Source: Microcoleaceae cyanobacterium (GTDB lineage: Bacteria; Cyanobacteriota; Cyanobacteriia; Cyanobacteriales; Microcoleaceae). From it: a stretch of DNA of 64,000 bases. Both the position numbers and the translations under genes were made by a program. The stretch lies in assembly GCA_051652765.1 (NCBI GenBank), contig JBOFUV010000008.1:9643-73642 (forward strand), given 5' to 3'. Under the pieces are notes generated by a model. It made no database searches and was not told the DNA's origin. It saw nothing but the letters and a program-made list of their open reading frames with translations. This document shows, in pieces, positions 52,883 to 63,831 of the stretch (position 1 is the first letter of the stretch; the number at the start of each line of letters is the position of its first letter).

Positions 52883-54793
52883 ATGCCTGAACCTTCTGCT
52901 GACCTTCATAATACTTGTCAAAGTCTCGAACTACAAGCTATCCAATCCTATGAGTTGGGTAATCAGTATTTAGCTGAAGACAAGCTGGATCAAGCAGTTA
53001 TTTCTTATCAAGAAGCGATAGCACTAAATCCTAATTTTTCTTGGGCTTATCATCAATTAGGAGATGCTTTGTCTCAACAAGAAAGTTGGCAAGGGGCGAT
53101 TCGGGCATACCATCAAGCAATCGAGGTGAATTCTGATTTTTTCTGGTCACATCATAATCTTGGAAATGCCTTATCTAAAATTTGGAATTGGGATGATGCG
53201 ATTCTTGCTTATCATCAAGCAATTCAACTTGATCCCGATTTTTGTTGGTCTTACTACAACCTGGCAATTAGTTTGGGTCATCAACAACAGTATTTAGATG
53301 CTGTTTTTTATCATATTCAAGCCTATAAAATTCAACCTAATCTTCCTGGAATTATAAATTATCTAGGAGAATTAATCCAGACACAAGTTCAACAACAAAG
53401 CTTGGAGAAAGTTCTGCAAAGTTATTGTCAAGCCGAGCAAGTTCAGGAGGGAGATCAGTTAAAGATTCAGACTCGACTGTGTTCTCGACCTTGTTTTTTA
53501 GCCGAAGACTTAGAAATTTATATTCAGCTTGCTCAAGAACTCGCGAGAGAAAATTATTTGGCCGGAGCTATTATTTTTTATAATCTTGCTTTGAAATTTA
53601 GCCCCAATCTTCAAGCCTTGTCTCAACAGCTCCAGCAAAGCTTGTCAATCTATCAAAACCTTGAAAAAAAAATCGCAACTGCGCGTCAAAATATTCATCA
53701 AAATCCAGATTCCTTTCAGCTTCAATACCAGCTTGGAAATCTTCTTAGTCAACAACAAAACTGGGATGAAGCAATTATGGCCTATTTAAACTCCATCAAA
53801 TTTAAACCAGAGAACCCATTTTGGTTATATCAGGGTTTAGGAGAAAAGTTAATTCAACGCAACCAGTTAGAAGAATTAGTTCAGATCTATTGTGATGCAA
53901 TTGAAATTAATCCAAGCTCTATTTGGTGTCATGTTAATTTAGGAGAATTACTATCCCAGCAAGGAAAAGTTGAGGAATCAATTGCCTATTATCAAGCGGC
54001 AAACTACTATAAAATTCAACAGTTTCATCCAGACTGGATGGAATCTTTAGAAAACTTAAAGCCAGTCCATCACCCTGACTTTATTATTCTTGGAACTCAG
54101 AAAGGGGGAACAACATCACTCTATTATTATCTCGCTCAACACCCTCAGATTATGCCCTCTCTAATCAAGGAAATTGAATTCTGGGGCAGCAAATTTAATC
54201 GGGGCTTGACTTGGTATCTAGCTCATTTTCCCCCAATTCCTACCCATGAAACAGTTTTAACCGGGGAAGCAACACCCAGTTACTTTGACGATTGGGAAGT
54301 CCCAGAACGCCTGTTTAACGTTTTCCCAGATACAAAACTGATTATTCTGTTAAGAAACCCCGTAGAGCGAGCTATTTCTCATTACCATCAATGGATCGAT
54401 TTAAACTGGGAATGGCGACCTTTAGATCAGGCCATGGATTTGGCAATTGAACAGTTGCAGCAGTCAAATCATCAGGTTTGGAACCAACCCAATAACTATG
54501 TTGCTCGGGGCGTTTACATTGAATTTATCAAAAAATGGCGGTCTATTTTTTCAGAGGAGCAAATTCTAATCCTGAAAAGTGAAGACTTTTATGAAAATCC
54601 TGAAGGAGTTCTAAGAGAAGTTTGCAACTTTTTAAATTTGCCTTTGGTTAAACTCTTGAATTATAAAAAGTATAACTCCAGGACTTATCCTACTGCTGAA
54701 ATCTCTATTCGACAGAAATTGTACTACTATTTTTTTCCCTGCATTCAAGAATTAGAAGAATTCACGGAGCGCAAATTCAATTGGGAGTTTTAA
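52883..54793 (+). CDS. TPR-repeat sulfotransferase
   Basis: TPRs; 5'-PSB GTQKGGTTSL; 3'-PB LRNPVERAIS. Confidence 0.88.
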   Translation: MPEPSADLHNTCQSLELQAIQSYELGNQYLAEDKLDQAVISYQEAIALNPNFSWAYHQLGDALSQQESWQGAIRAYHQAIEVNSDFFWSHHNLGNALSKIWNWDDAILAYHQAIQLDPDFCWSYYNLAISLGHQQQYLDAVFYHIQAYKIQPNLPGIINYLGELIQTQVQQQSLEKVLQSYCQAEQVQEGDQLKIQTRLCSRPCFLAEDLEIYIQLAQELARENYLAGAIIFYNLALKFSPNLQALSQQLQQSLSIYQNLEKKIATARQNIHQNPDSFQLQYQLGNLLSQQQNWDEAIMAYLNSIKFKPENPFWLYQGLGEKLIQRNQLEELVQIYCDAIEINPSSIWCHVNLGELLSQQGKVEESIAYYQAANYYKIQQFHPDWMESLENLKPVHHPDFIILGTQKGGTTSLYYYLAQHPQIMPSLIKEIEFWGSKFNRGLTWYLAHFPPIPTHETVLTGEATPSYFDDWEVPERLFNVFPDTKLIILLRNPVERAISHYHQWIDLNWEWRPLDQAMDLAIEQLQQSNHQVWNQPNNYVARGVYIEFIKKWRSIFSEEQILILKSEDFYENPEGVLREVCNFLNLPLVKLLNYKKYNSRTYPTAEISIRQKLYYYFFPCIQELEEFTERKFNWEF

Positions 54794-54814
54794 ATAACTT
54801 AACTTAAACAACCT

Positions 54815-57220
54815 ATGAACCAACTACAGCAAAAAGTAGCACAATACTTACAACAGGGGAAAATAGATGAGGCGATCGCAATTTGCGAAAAACTTTTACT
54901 AGAAGAATTTAAGCAACCAATAACATTCCGACTGCTTGGAGAAGCTTTTCAATGTAAAGGAGAATTTGATCGCGCAAAATTCTATTACTTAGCTTCGCTA
55001 GAGTTATGGCCAGATTTTGCTGAAGCTTACGTAAAGCTGGGATCTCTTTATCAACAGCAAAAACAGTGGGAAGAAGCAATTATGATCTATCAAGTTGCAA
55101 CACAGATTCAACCTCAAAATGAGCAAAATTATGTGAATTTAGGCAGCATTTTTCAGGAAATAGAGAACTTAGATCAAGCAGTTCTATGTTACCAGAAAGC
55201 AATACAGATAAATTCAAGAGAATTCTCTATCTACAATAAATTAGGTAAAGTTTTAAGCCAACTAGAGCGATGGAATGAAGCGATTACTGTTTACCAAGCA
55301 GGTATAGAGCTCAGTCCCAATTTTTCCTGGTTTTATAACGGTTTAGGAAAAAGCTTAGCAGGCTTGGAAAAATGGGAGAAAGCCACTTTAGCATTTCAAA
55401 AGTCTGTTGAGCTAAATCCTGATTTTTTCTGGTCTTATCTACACTTATCGGAAGCTTTATTGAGCTTGAAAAGATGGGAAGATGTTATTCCTGTCTGTCA
55501 TCAAATGATTAGACTTAATCCAAGTTTTGATAAGATCTATCTTCATCTCGGTAAGGCATTCAATCACCTGCAAAAATGGGAAGAAGAAATTTCAGCTTAT
55601 CGACAGGGTTTAGAGCTGAATCCCTGTTTAGAAGAATTTTATTCTAGCTTAGGAGGCACATTGCTAAAGTTGGGCAGATGGCAAGAAGCAGCTCAAATTT
55701 ATCATCAAGCTGCTGAGTTACGACCTGACTGTTGGTGGTATCCCTATTTGCAAGGAGAAGCCCTAATATGTACTATTGATTGGCAGAGTGCGAGTCAGGT
55801 ATACAATAAAGCAATTGCTCTTAATCCAACTAGTGATTGGTCTTATCATAGGCTAGGAGAAGTTCTTGAGAAGCTGGGTCAATCCACTGAAGCAATTTTA
55901 GAATACAAGAAGGTTTTAGAATTAACACTAACCTCTAAAAACTTTTCATATTACTTAGCCAAGGGTAAAATTCAGGCACTCCAAGGCAAATCCAAACTAG
56001 CCATTAAAAGTTTTATTAAAAGTCTTCAGCTTAACCCAGATGCCTATGATATTTATGGAAAAATCGCTGATGTTTTAAATTCAGAAGGTCGAAAACAAGA
56101 TGCTATTCTTTGTAGTATTCATCAAGAATTTTCTCAAAAAGTTGTGAATGACTTTTTTGACTCAAGTGATAACTGTTCTACTGATGAAATAGCTAAAATT
56201 AGCATTCAAAAAGTATCACTTTATCCTTCTAGCCAGATCAAACTCTCTCCACCTGAAACCTTTGTACCTGAGCAATTTCATGCTATCTTTAGAAGACCTT
56301 TAATTCAAACTCAAGAAGCATTTTTATCCTTCATCCCAGAGGGAAGAGCTTGGGGCAGTGAATTTGCAAGTGCCGTATTTACCTCTGACCATAAACTTAT
56401 TACTGATATCTCATCAGGAGCAGCGATGGTTATTGCGACGGCGAACCATTTGCCTTTACCTCTAAAACTAGAGGGTACAGTTGCATTTTTGTCCGTCAAG
56501 TGGGGTTCAGCATATTATCATTGGATGTTTGATATTGTTGCACGCTTTGCATTAATTGAAGAAGCGGTTGGACTAGAAAATATCGACAAATTTATTGTTA
56601 ATAGTGCCCGTCAAAATCATGAAAAAGAAACTTTGACTTTGCTAGGTATATCACTTAATAAAGTTCTAGAAAGCCGAGTTACTGCTCACATTCAAGCAGA
56701 TACTCTGATTGTTCCTAGCCCACTTAAAAGTTTTAAGATTCCAAATTGGTCTTATCAGTTTTTGAGAGAGAAACTTTTATTAAAAGTATCATGCTCAGAG
56801 TTACAAAAAGTTGAAAGAATCTATATTAGTCGAAGCCAAGCTTCAAGAAGGCGAGTAGCTAATGAAGATGAAGTTGTCAACTTCTTAGAGGCATTTGGAT
56901 TCAAGAAAGTCATTCTAGAATCTATGACAGTTCAGCAACAAATTTGTTGCTTAGCAAATGCTAAAATTGTTGTTGCTCTTCATGGAGGGGGTTTGACTAA
57001 TCTAGTATTTTGTGAGTCTGGCACCAAACTGATTGAGTTTCTGGCTTCAAGTTGGACTCTAGATTGTTATTGGTTGCTGAGCAATGTTTGTCAAATAAAA
57101 TACTATCAACTGCTTTGCCAATCTATGGGCGATCACCTTTCAGAATATGATTCTCGAAAAGATATCTACGTTGAAATTAAGAATCTTCTCCAAATTATGC
57201 AATTTGCTGAGATTCTTTGA
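54815..57220 (+). CDS. TPR-repeat GT61 (DUF563) glycosyltransferase
   Basis: TPRs; YYHWMFD, IYISR, HGGGLTN. Confidence 0.85.
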   Translation: MNQLQQKVAQYLQQGKIDEAIAICEKLLLEEFKQPITFRLLGEAFQCKGEFDRAKFYYLASLELWPDFAEAYVKLGSLYQQQKQWEEAIMIYQVATQIQPQNEQNYVNLGSIFQEIENLDQAVLCYQKAIQINSREFSIYNKLGKVLSQLERWNEAITVYQAGIELSPNFSWFYNGLGKSLAGLEKWEKATLAFQKSVELNPDFFWSYLHLSEALLSLKRWEDVIPVCHQMIRLNPSFDKIYLHLGKAFNHLQKWEEEISAYRQGLELNPCLEEFYSSLGGTLLKLGRWQEAAQIYHQAAELRPDCWWYPYLQGEALICTIDWQSASQVYNKAIALNPTSDWSYHRLGEVLEKLGQSTEAILEYKKVLELTLTSKNFSYYLAKGKIQALQGKSKLAIKSFIKSLQLNPDAYDIYGKIADVLNSEGRKQDAILCSIHQEFSQKVVNDFFDSSDNCSTDEIAKISIQKVSLYPSSQIKLSPPETFVPEQFHAIFRRPLIQTQEAFLSFIPEGRAWGSEFASAVFTSDHKLITDISSGAAMVIATANHLPLPLKLEGTVAFLSVKWGSAYYHWMFDIVARFALIEEAVGLENIDKFIVNSARQNHEKETLTLLGISLNKVLESRVTAHIQADTLIVPSPLKSFKIPNWSYQFLREKLLLKVSCSELQKVERIYISRSQASRRRVANEDEVVNFLEAFGFKKVILESMTVQQQICCLANAKIVVALHGGGLTNLVFCESGTKLIEFLASSWTLDCYWLLSNVCQIKYYQLLCQSMGDHLSEYDSRKDIYVEIKNLLQIMQFAEIL

Positions 57221-57256
57221 AAACTCAGTTGACTAGTAAGTTAAAATGATCTTGGC

Positions 57257-59278
57257 ATGAATTTAGGTTCAGACTCAGAATTTTTTAAGAGCAAGATATA
57301 TCAGCAAATAAATCAATATTTAGATCAAGACAAGTCAGAGGAAGCATTAGAGAGCTGTTATCAAGCTTTTAAACAGGACTTAAACTGTGTTCAGATACTT
57401 AGGGCTCTAGGAATTACCTTTCAGCGTAAATCAGAGTTTAAAGCGGCTTTTCAGTGGTATGAGAAAGCTCTAGAAATCCAACCCGATTCTGCTGAAGTTT
57501 ATACTGACCTGGGAAATTATTATTTCCAACAACAACAGTGGTCAGATGCAATTCTGGCTTATAGAATTGCCAATCGTCTTCAACCTTGTAGTGAAACACT
57601 GTATAATTTGGGTCATGCTTTCATCCATTTAGAACAGTGGGATACAGCAGTTGATGCATTTCAAAATGCGATTCAGTTAGAACCCAATTCTCATGAGGCT
57701 TATTACAGCCTGGGTTATATTTTTAGTCAAGCTCAAGATTGGAACAATGCACTTGTAGCATATCAAAATGCAGTTAAGCTCAATTCAACTCATTGTTGGT
57801 ATTATTATGAACTAGGAAATACATGGGCTAAATTAAAACGATGGAATGATGCAATTTTCAGCTATTGTCAGGCCATTGATTTGGATTCGACTCAGGATTG
57901 GTTTTATCAAAACCTTGGCAATGTTTTTCAGCAGGTTGGTGATTTTGAAGCAGCCACCATAGCATATCAAGAAGCCATCGAAATTCAACCTCATAGTTGG
58001 TATTATCTTGCGGCAGGAACAGCATTAGTTAATCAACAAAAATGGGAAGATGCAATTTTTTATTTAGTTCAATCATTGCATCTCAAACCAGATGAATATG
58101 GTGTATTCATCCAACTTGGAAAAGTTTTAGAAGCTCAAGGAAACATTCAGGGGAGTTCAAGATGTCAAACTGAAATTTGCTTACCTCAAGCATGGCTAAA
58201 GCAATACTTCCAACTTCCTCAAGACTGGCAAACAACACTAGCCTTGGAACCTACTCTAAGCTACACTCAAATTTATTCCGGTGCCACGATTTATCTCGCT
58301 TCAGTCAAACCTAAATTAGGTCAGGAACATTCTCTCTTTCAACAACGAGAAGCTCGTTGTGCAGAAGCATTAGTGGTTAATATTCCTCAAGGAAGAGTAT
58401 GGGCAGATTCTTTGAATATTTCAATACTAACCTCAAATAATCGAATAATAACCGAGCTTTCTACAGGTTGTGCAGAGGTCATACTTTCTTCAGAGACTTT
58501 AACTAAACCTCGGAATATTCAAGGAAGAGTCGCTTTTTTGTCTGTGCAATTTGGTCTAGTTTACTATCACTGGATTTTGGATGTTATTCCTCGAATTCAT
58601 CTGTTGAGTCAGATGGGCTATGACTTAAATACAATTGATTGGTTTGTTGTCAATCAGCTTTATTATCCTTATGAGCAAGAGTCTTTAGAACTTTTGAATA
58701 TTCCCAAGAAAAAGATTATTGAGAGTCGCTATATTCCTCATATTCAGGCTTCTGAATTAGTTGTACCTTTTTATTCTTCTAGGCAATGTATTAAACCTCC
58801 TCAATGGGCAATTAAATTTTTAAGAAAAGTATTTTTACCTCTTGCCTTAGAAGTATCTGATTGTAACTCTAGGCGAATTTATATCAGTCGCCAGCAGGCA
58901 TCCTATCGAAAATTAATTAACGAAGGAGAAGTCATTGATTTCCTCCAAGGATATGGTTTCCAATCAATTCAGTTGGAATTGCTCTCCCAGAAAGCACAAG
59001 TTGCCTGGATGAAAACTGCAAAGGTGGTCATTGCAGCCCATGGTTCTGGGCTGACTAATATTGTTTTTTGCGAGCCTGGAACCAAAATTATTGAGATTTT
59101 GAGCCCGGTTTGGGTTAACCCTTGTTATTGGCATCTCAGTAGTTTGTGTCAACTTGATTATTATCATCTATTCGGTGAAGTTGTAATTAGTTTAAATCAA
59201 GTATCAGCTAATCAACAAGACTTTAGAGTCGACTTGAGCGCTCTGATCCAAATTATTCAATTGACGGATATTCTCTAG
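57257..59278 (+). CDS. TPR-repeat GT61 (DUF563) glycosyltransferase
   Basis: TPRs; YYHWILD, IYISR, HGSGLTN. Confidence 0.85.
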   Translation: MNLGSDSEFFKSKIYQQINQYLDQDKSEEALESCYQAFKQDLNCVQILRALGITFQRKSEFKAAFQWYEKALEIQPDSAEVYTDLGNYYFQQQQWSDAILAYRIANRLQPCSETLYNLGHAFIHLEQWDTAVDAFQNAIQLEPNSHEAYYSLGYIFSQAQDWNNALVAYQNAVKLNSTHCWYYYELGNTWAKLKRWNDAIFSYCQAIDLDSTQDWFYQNLGNVFQQVGDFEAATIAYQEAIEIQPHSWYYLAAGTALVNQQKWEDAIFYLVQSLHLKPDEYGVFIQLGKVLEAQGNIQGSSRCQTEICLPQAWLKQYFQLPQDWQTTLALEPTLSYTQIYSGATIYLASVKPKLGQEHSLFQQREARCAEALVVNIPQGRVWADSLNISILTSNNRIITELSTGCAEVILSSETLTKPRNIQGRVAFLSVQFGLVYYHWILDVIPRIHLLSQMGYDLNTIDWFVVNQLYYPYEQESLELLNIPKKKIIESRYIPHIQASELVVPFYSSRQCIKPPQWAIKFLRKVFLPLALEVSDCNSRRIYISRQQASYRKLINEGEVIDFLQGYGFQSIQLELLSQKAQVAWMKTAKVVIAAHGSGLTNIVFCEPGTKIIEILSPVWVNPCYWHLSSLCQLDYYHLFGEVVISLNQVSANQQDFRVDLSALIQIIQLTDIL

Positions 59279-59342
59279 CAATCTTCTCATGATCTCTTTG
59301 TGCTAGGATATTCTAAGTTAGTGATCAGTTTGCGAATTCAAT

Positions 59343-61280
59343 GTGAACCAATTTGAGGTTGCTCTCTCCGTGGAATCAAAGATTAGCTGGAAGGAGTCTG
59401 TTAAACTACTTCATCAACAAGTGCAAGCTTGTCTGACGCAGAGACAGTTTCATGAAGCAACTGCTCTCTGTCACAAGTTTTTGACTCAGTATTCTGAGAG
59501 TGCAGAAGCTTACCAAATGTTGGGACTTATTGCACAACTGGATGGTAATTATCAAGATGCTCTAAAAGCTTATCAAAAAGCGTTAGAAATCCAACCCGAT
59601 TTTGCTGCAGCTTATGTCAATTTGGGCAATTTGTATGCACACCAAAAGTTTTGGGACGATGCACTTTCTACTTATCAAGCGGCCCTCCGACTCTCTCCTA
59701 GCTTGTCTCATGTCTATTTTCGGCTTGGGGAAGTGTTTAGTCATCTCAATCAGTGGCAAGAAGCCGCAATAGCGTATCAACAAGCAATCCAACTTAAAGC
59801 CAATGTTGCAGGATCACACCTTGGTTTGGGGTCAGCTTTAGCTCAACAAGGTCAGTGGGAACGGGCTATTCTTTCCTATCAGAAATTCCTTCAACTCAAC
59901 CCCGATAGTGCAATAGGATATCAGAAATTAGGAGACGCTTGGTTTAAATTGCAACGGTGGGATAAGGCGATTCATTGTTATCAAAAACTACTGGAGTCGA
60001 GTCCAAAGTCCGTTTGGGCGTATCAACATTTAGGAAAAGCACTAATTCATCAACAACAATGGGATGAGGCGATTATTGCCTGTCAAAAAGCAATTGAGAT
60101 TAACATTAACTCGGCTTGGTCGTACAGTAATTTAGGGGACGCATTTGTTCAGAAAGAGCAATTTGAAGATGCAGTCTTAGCTTACATTCAAGCAATTTAT
60201 ATTAAGCCCAATCGATTTCAGCCCGGAGTTTTAAATACAATTTATCGTAACTTGGGCTATGCACTGAGACAGCAAACTCAGGCTAATATTCAACAATTGA
60301 TTGAAAGTTACCGTCATGTTTTTCAGTCAAACTTGAACGAATTTTCGACCCGAAGCTTCAAGTTTTATCTTCACTTAGGTCAAGCATTAGCTAAGTGTCA
60401 TCAATTTGAGGGAGCAATCTTATTTCATCAGCTTGCCTTAGACGCTCAGCCTGACTGCTTGGAAATTCAGACCCAACTGCATAATGTCCTGCAACAGCAG
60501 CAGGAATTTAAGCAAAACTTAGCTAAGTACTACACTGAAATCCAGCAAAATCCCAATTGTTCAGATGCCTATAAAGTGCTTGGAAATATTTTGAGTGAGC
60601 AAGGTCGGGAAACAGAAGCAATTTCCTATCATCAAACTTCTTTAGCACTACGAGGTTGGCATCTGAGTCAAGTTAGGCAGTACCAATTTACGCGAGATTG
60701 GTTCAGTGCAAATATGCCGATCTGGCGAGAGTCTTTCAATAGCTTAGCGAACCAATCTGAAATCAGTGTTTTAGAGATTGGTAGTTTTCAAGGGATGTCT
60801 ACTTGTTGGTTTCTCGATCATATTTTAACTCATCCTACTGCTCGGATTACCTGTATTGATCCTTATTTTAAACCTGAATTCGATCCTAATATTGCCAAGA
60901 CAGGAGCAGCTCATAAAGTCACTAAACTGATTGGTTATTCTCAGGATATTCTGAAAACTCTTGATGCAGGGAGTTACGATTTAGTTTATATTGATGGTTG
61001 CCATCTAGCGTCTGTTGCTCTTCGAGATACTTTGCAGTCTTGGCCTCTAGCAAAAGTTGGAGGATTAATTGTTTTTGATGATTATGATGTTTTAGAGGAC
61101 GATCCAGAACAAACTGCAAAGGCTGGAATTGATTCTTTTTTAAAGTTAGTTGAAGCTGAAGTTGAAGTTGTCTATCAAGGTTATCAGTTGATTATTCAGA
61201 AGCGATCGCCTGCTCTAACTCCTGAAGAAATTTCTCAGCATCTTAGTCAAATTCCTCAGGATGATCAATTGCGATGGTAG
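59343..61280 (+). CDS. TPR-repeat class I SAM methyltransferase (Methyltransf_24-like)
   Basis: TPRs; LEIGSFQG, YIDGCH, GGLIVFDDY. Confidence 0.85.
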   Translation: MNQFEVALSVESKISWKESVKLLHQQVQACLTQRQFHEATALCHKFLTQYSESAEAYQMLGLIAQLDGNYQDALKAYQKALEIQPDFAAAYVNLGNLYAHQKFWDDALSTYQAALRLSPSLSHVYFRLGEVFSHLNQWQEAAIAYQQAIQLKANVAGSHLGLGSALAQQGQWERAILSYQKFLQLNPDSAIGYQKLGDAWFKLQRWDKAIHCYQKLLESSPKSVWAYQHLGKALIHQQQWDEAIIACQKAIEININSAWSYSNLGDAFVQKEQFEDAVLAYIQAIYIKPNRFQPGVLNTIYRNLGYALRQQTQANIQQLIESYRHVFQSNLNEFSTRSFKFYLHLGQALAKCHQFEGAILFHQLALDAQPDCLEIQTQLHNVLQQQQEFKQNLAKYYTEIQQNPNCSDAYKVLGNILSEQGRETEAISYHQTSLALRGWHLSQVRQYQFTRDWFSANMPIWRESFNSLANQSEISVLEIGSFQGMSTCWFLDHILTHPTARITCIDPYFKPEFDPNIAKTGAAHKVTKLIGYSQDILKTLDAGSYDLVYIDGCHLASVALRDTLQSWPLAKVGGLIVFDDYDVLEDDPEQTAKAGIDSFLKLVEAEVEVVYQGYQLIIQKRSPALTPEEISQHLSQIPQDDQLRW

Positions 61281-62725
61281 AGATTCAAAAAGTAGAGATT
61301 CAAAAAGTAGATATTCAAAAAACTGCGAGTGACTATGTAACGTTGGGGAATACTTTGTTACAGCAGCGGAACGTGCTCCAAGCAATCGAGTGCTATCAGC
61401 GAGCCATTCAAATCGAACCGAATTTGTCTGAAACCTACCATAACTTAGGAGAAGCATTCACTCAACTTGAGCAGTGGAATCAGGCAATTTCGAGCTATCA
61501 AAAGGCACTAGAACTTAACCCAACGTTGGCAGTCACCTATCAAAGATTGGGGAGTATTCTGGCCAAGGTTCAGCAGTGGCAAGAGGCAGTTCTAGCGTAT
61601 CAAAAGAGTTTTGAGATTCAACCCGATTCATTTATAGTTTGTCATAAGATCGCTCAAATTTTGGTACAACAGGGACAAATTGAGCAAGCCATTAACTATT
61701 ATTTGATTGCTATAAAGCTGCAACCTTTTTTCCAGTGGTCTTACTGGAACTTATGGAGTCTATTAGCACAAAATCATCGGTTGCAAGAGGCTGTTGATCT
61801 TTATCAAGCTGCTCTAGAAACGTATCCGAACTCTTCTATGGTCGAGTTGAATTTGGGAGATGTTTTGACTCGTCAAGGAAAGCTACAACAGGCGATCGCC
61901 TGTTATCAGCGGTCAAGCTATAAAAAGTTTGAACAACTAGATAGCGAAATGGTTAAAAACTATTGGGATGATACTCAAAACTTGACTCCTCGGTTTATCA
62001 TTATTGGGGTTCAGAAAGGGGGGACAACCTCTTTATATCGTTACCTGAGTGAACATCCCCAAGTTGCTCCAGCGATTAAAAAAGAAATTTATTTTTGGAA
62101 TCATCACTATAAAAGAGGGATGGAGTGGTATTTATCTCACTTCCCTAAACTGAAAACGGATCAGAGACTTTTTATGTCTGGGGAAGCCAGCCCTAATTAT
62201 TTTGAGGATGCTACTGTTGCTGCTCGAATCTCTGAAACTTTCCCTGAGATGAAGTTGATTCTGCTCTTAAGAAATCCAGTGGACCGTGCCGTCTCCCAAT
62301 ATTATCACTGGGTTAGATTGGGTTGGGAGCAGACTGCTTTAGAAGCGGCAATGGATGCTGAAATTGAAATGTTAGGGTTATATCCGAAGTCTGCTGTAGA
62401 TGATGACAACTATTGGAATCTTTCTTCGAAGTACTTATGGAGAGGAATTTACGTTGTATTTTTAAAGCAGTGGAGGGCTGTTTTCCCCAAAGAACAGTTT
62501 TTAATCTTGAAAAGTGATGACTTTTATAGCAAACCTCAGGTTGTTTTAAAACAGGTGTTTGAATTCTTAGGATTGCCTGATTATGATTTAAGTGAATATC
62601 CTCAATACAACCAAGGATTTTATCAATCTATGCCAGATTCAGTCCGTAACCAATTAACGACTTATTTCAAGTCTCACAATCAGGATTTAGAAGATTTTTT
62701 AGGATTGAATTTAAACTGGGATTGA
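61274..62725 (+). CDS. TPR-repeat sulfotransferase
   Basis: TPRs; GVQKGGTTSL; LRNPVDRAVS; VEIQK-type repeat x3 at the N-terminus. Confidence 0.88.
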   Translation: MVEIQKVEIQKVDIQKTASDYVTLGNTLLQQRNVLQAIECYQRAIQIEPNLSETYHNLGEAFTQLEQWNQAISSYQKALELNPTLAVTYQRLGSILAKVQQWQEAVLAYQKSFEIQPDSFIVCHKIAQILVQQGQIEQAINYYLIAIKLQPFFQWSYWNLWSLLAQNHRLQEAVDLYQAALETYPNSSMVELNLGDVLTRQGKLQQAIACYQRSSYKKFEQLDSEMVKNYWDDTQNLTPRFIIIGVQKGGTTSLYRYLSEHPQVAPAIKKEIYFWNHHYKRGMEWYLSHFPKLKTDQRLFMSGEASPNYFEDATVAARISETFPEMKLILLLRNPVDRAVSQYYHWVRLGWEQTALEAAMDAEIEMLGLYPKSAVDDDNYWNLSSKYLWRGIYVVFLKQWRAVFPKEQFLILKSDDFYSKPQVVLKQVFEFLGLPDYDLSEYPQYNQGFYQSMPDSVRNQLTTYFKSHNQDLEDFLGLNLNWD

Positions 62726-62787
62726 ATTTAAACTGGGATTAATGATAGGATTTAGAACCTAAATTGTCTGTTGATCCAGGCCAAGTT

Positions 62788-63441
62788 ATGCGAGTTAAAA
62801 TTTGTGGCATCACTCAACTTGAACAGGCCCAAGCGATCGCCCAACTCGGGGCAACGGCTCTTGGATTTATTTGTGTTCCCAGTTCTCCTCGTTACATTTC
62901 TCCAAAACACATTCAAGAGATTGTCAGCCAATTGCCTGCACCCATTGATTGTATTGGAGTTTTCGTCAATACATCGCTCCCACAGATTGTTCAAACAGTT
63001 GCGATTGGCAGACTCACAGGGGTTCAACTTCATGGGGATGAAACCGTAGAATTCTGCAATTCCCTGCGTCAAGTCTTGCCTCAAGCACCGTCAAACTCAA
63101 CCCCAGTAGAACTGATCAAGGCCATTCGAGTCCAGTCTCTAGCGGATCTAGAGCGGGCCCAATCCTATCTGGGCTATATCGACACAGTGTTGTTGGATGC
63201 TTATCATCCTCAACAATTTGGTGGTACGGGTAAAACCCTTAACTGGCAAGATTTGCCAAGTTTTCATCCCGGTTGTTCCTGGTTTTTGGCAGGTGGTTTA
63301 ACTCCTGAAAATATTTCCTCCGCCCTCAGGTGGGTGCATCCCGATGGGATTGATCTGTCCAGCGGGGTGGAAACGTCTCCAGGGGTTAAAAACCTGGCTA
63401 AAGTAGCTCAATTATTTGAGGTTCTAGCTCGAGAGTCTTGA
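62788..63441 (+). CDS. trpF: Phosphoribosylanthranilate isomerase
   Basis: [29 protein letters not shown]. Confidence 0.96.
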   Translation: MRVKICGITQLEQAQAIAQLGATALGFICVPSSPRYISPKHIQEIVSQLPAPIDCIGVFVNTSLPQIVQTVAIGRLTGVQLHGDETVEFCNSLRQVLPQAPSNSTPVELIKAIRVQSLADLERAQSYLGYIDTVLLDAYHPQQFGGTGKTLNWQDLPSFHPGCSWFLAGGLTPENISSALRWVHPDGIDLSSGVETSPGVKNLAKVAQLFEVLARES

Positions 63442-63601
63442 TCTCCTGAAGATACTGTTTAATGTCTTTGATCACCCCGGTTGACCTTTCTTCCAAAAGT
63501 TTTAATTGTTGAGGGGTCAATTCCTCCGGATATTGAGCATAGTACTGTAAGGCCAGAGCCGCAGCACACAAGTCTTCGAATACTCCCTGAATTGGCATCA
63601 T
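63398..63601 (-). CDS. Possible small helical hypothetical protein
   Basis: 67-aa ORF with protein-like composition, but it overlaps the trpF 3' end. Confidence 0.35.
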   Translation of the reverse strand: MMPIQGVFEDLCAAALALQYYAQYPEELTPQQLKLLEERSTGVIKDIKQYLQEIKTLELEPQIIELL

Positions 63602-63831
63602 CGTCCCTGATAGTAAATTGCACCTATGTATTCAAAGGATAAATGCAACAACCGGGAAAAATTCAAGTTTTTAAGGTTAGGGCGATTGAATCCTCAGGCT
63701 AGTCAATGGGAATGAGCCAGTTGAATGAGAATTCAATCCCCCTTGGGATTACCGTTAATCACCGAGTTGGGTGAAGTCTGCAAAGGTGAAGCAATGGGAT
63801 ATTGAGAGTGTTGAACACCCCAAGGAAAACC

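Noticed and set aside
63602..63831. c-di-GMP riboswitch upstream of the secreted protein
   Set aside because: Could not find the GEMM two-hairpin consensus by eye
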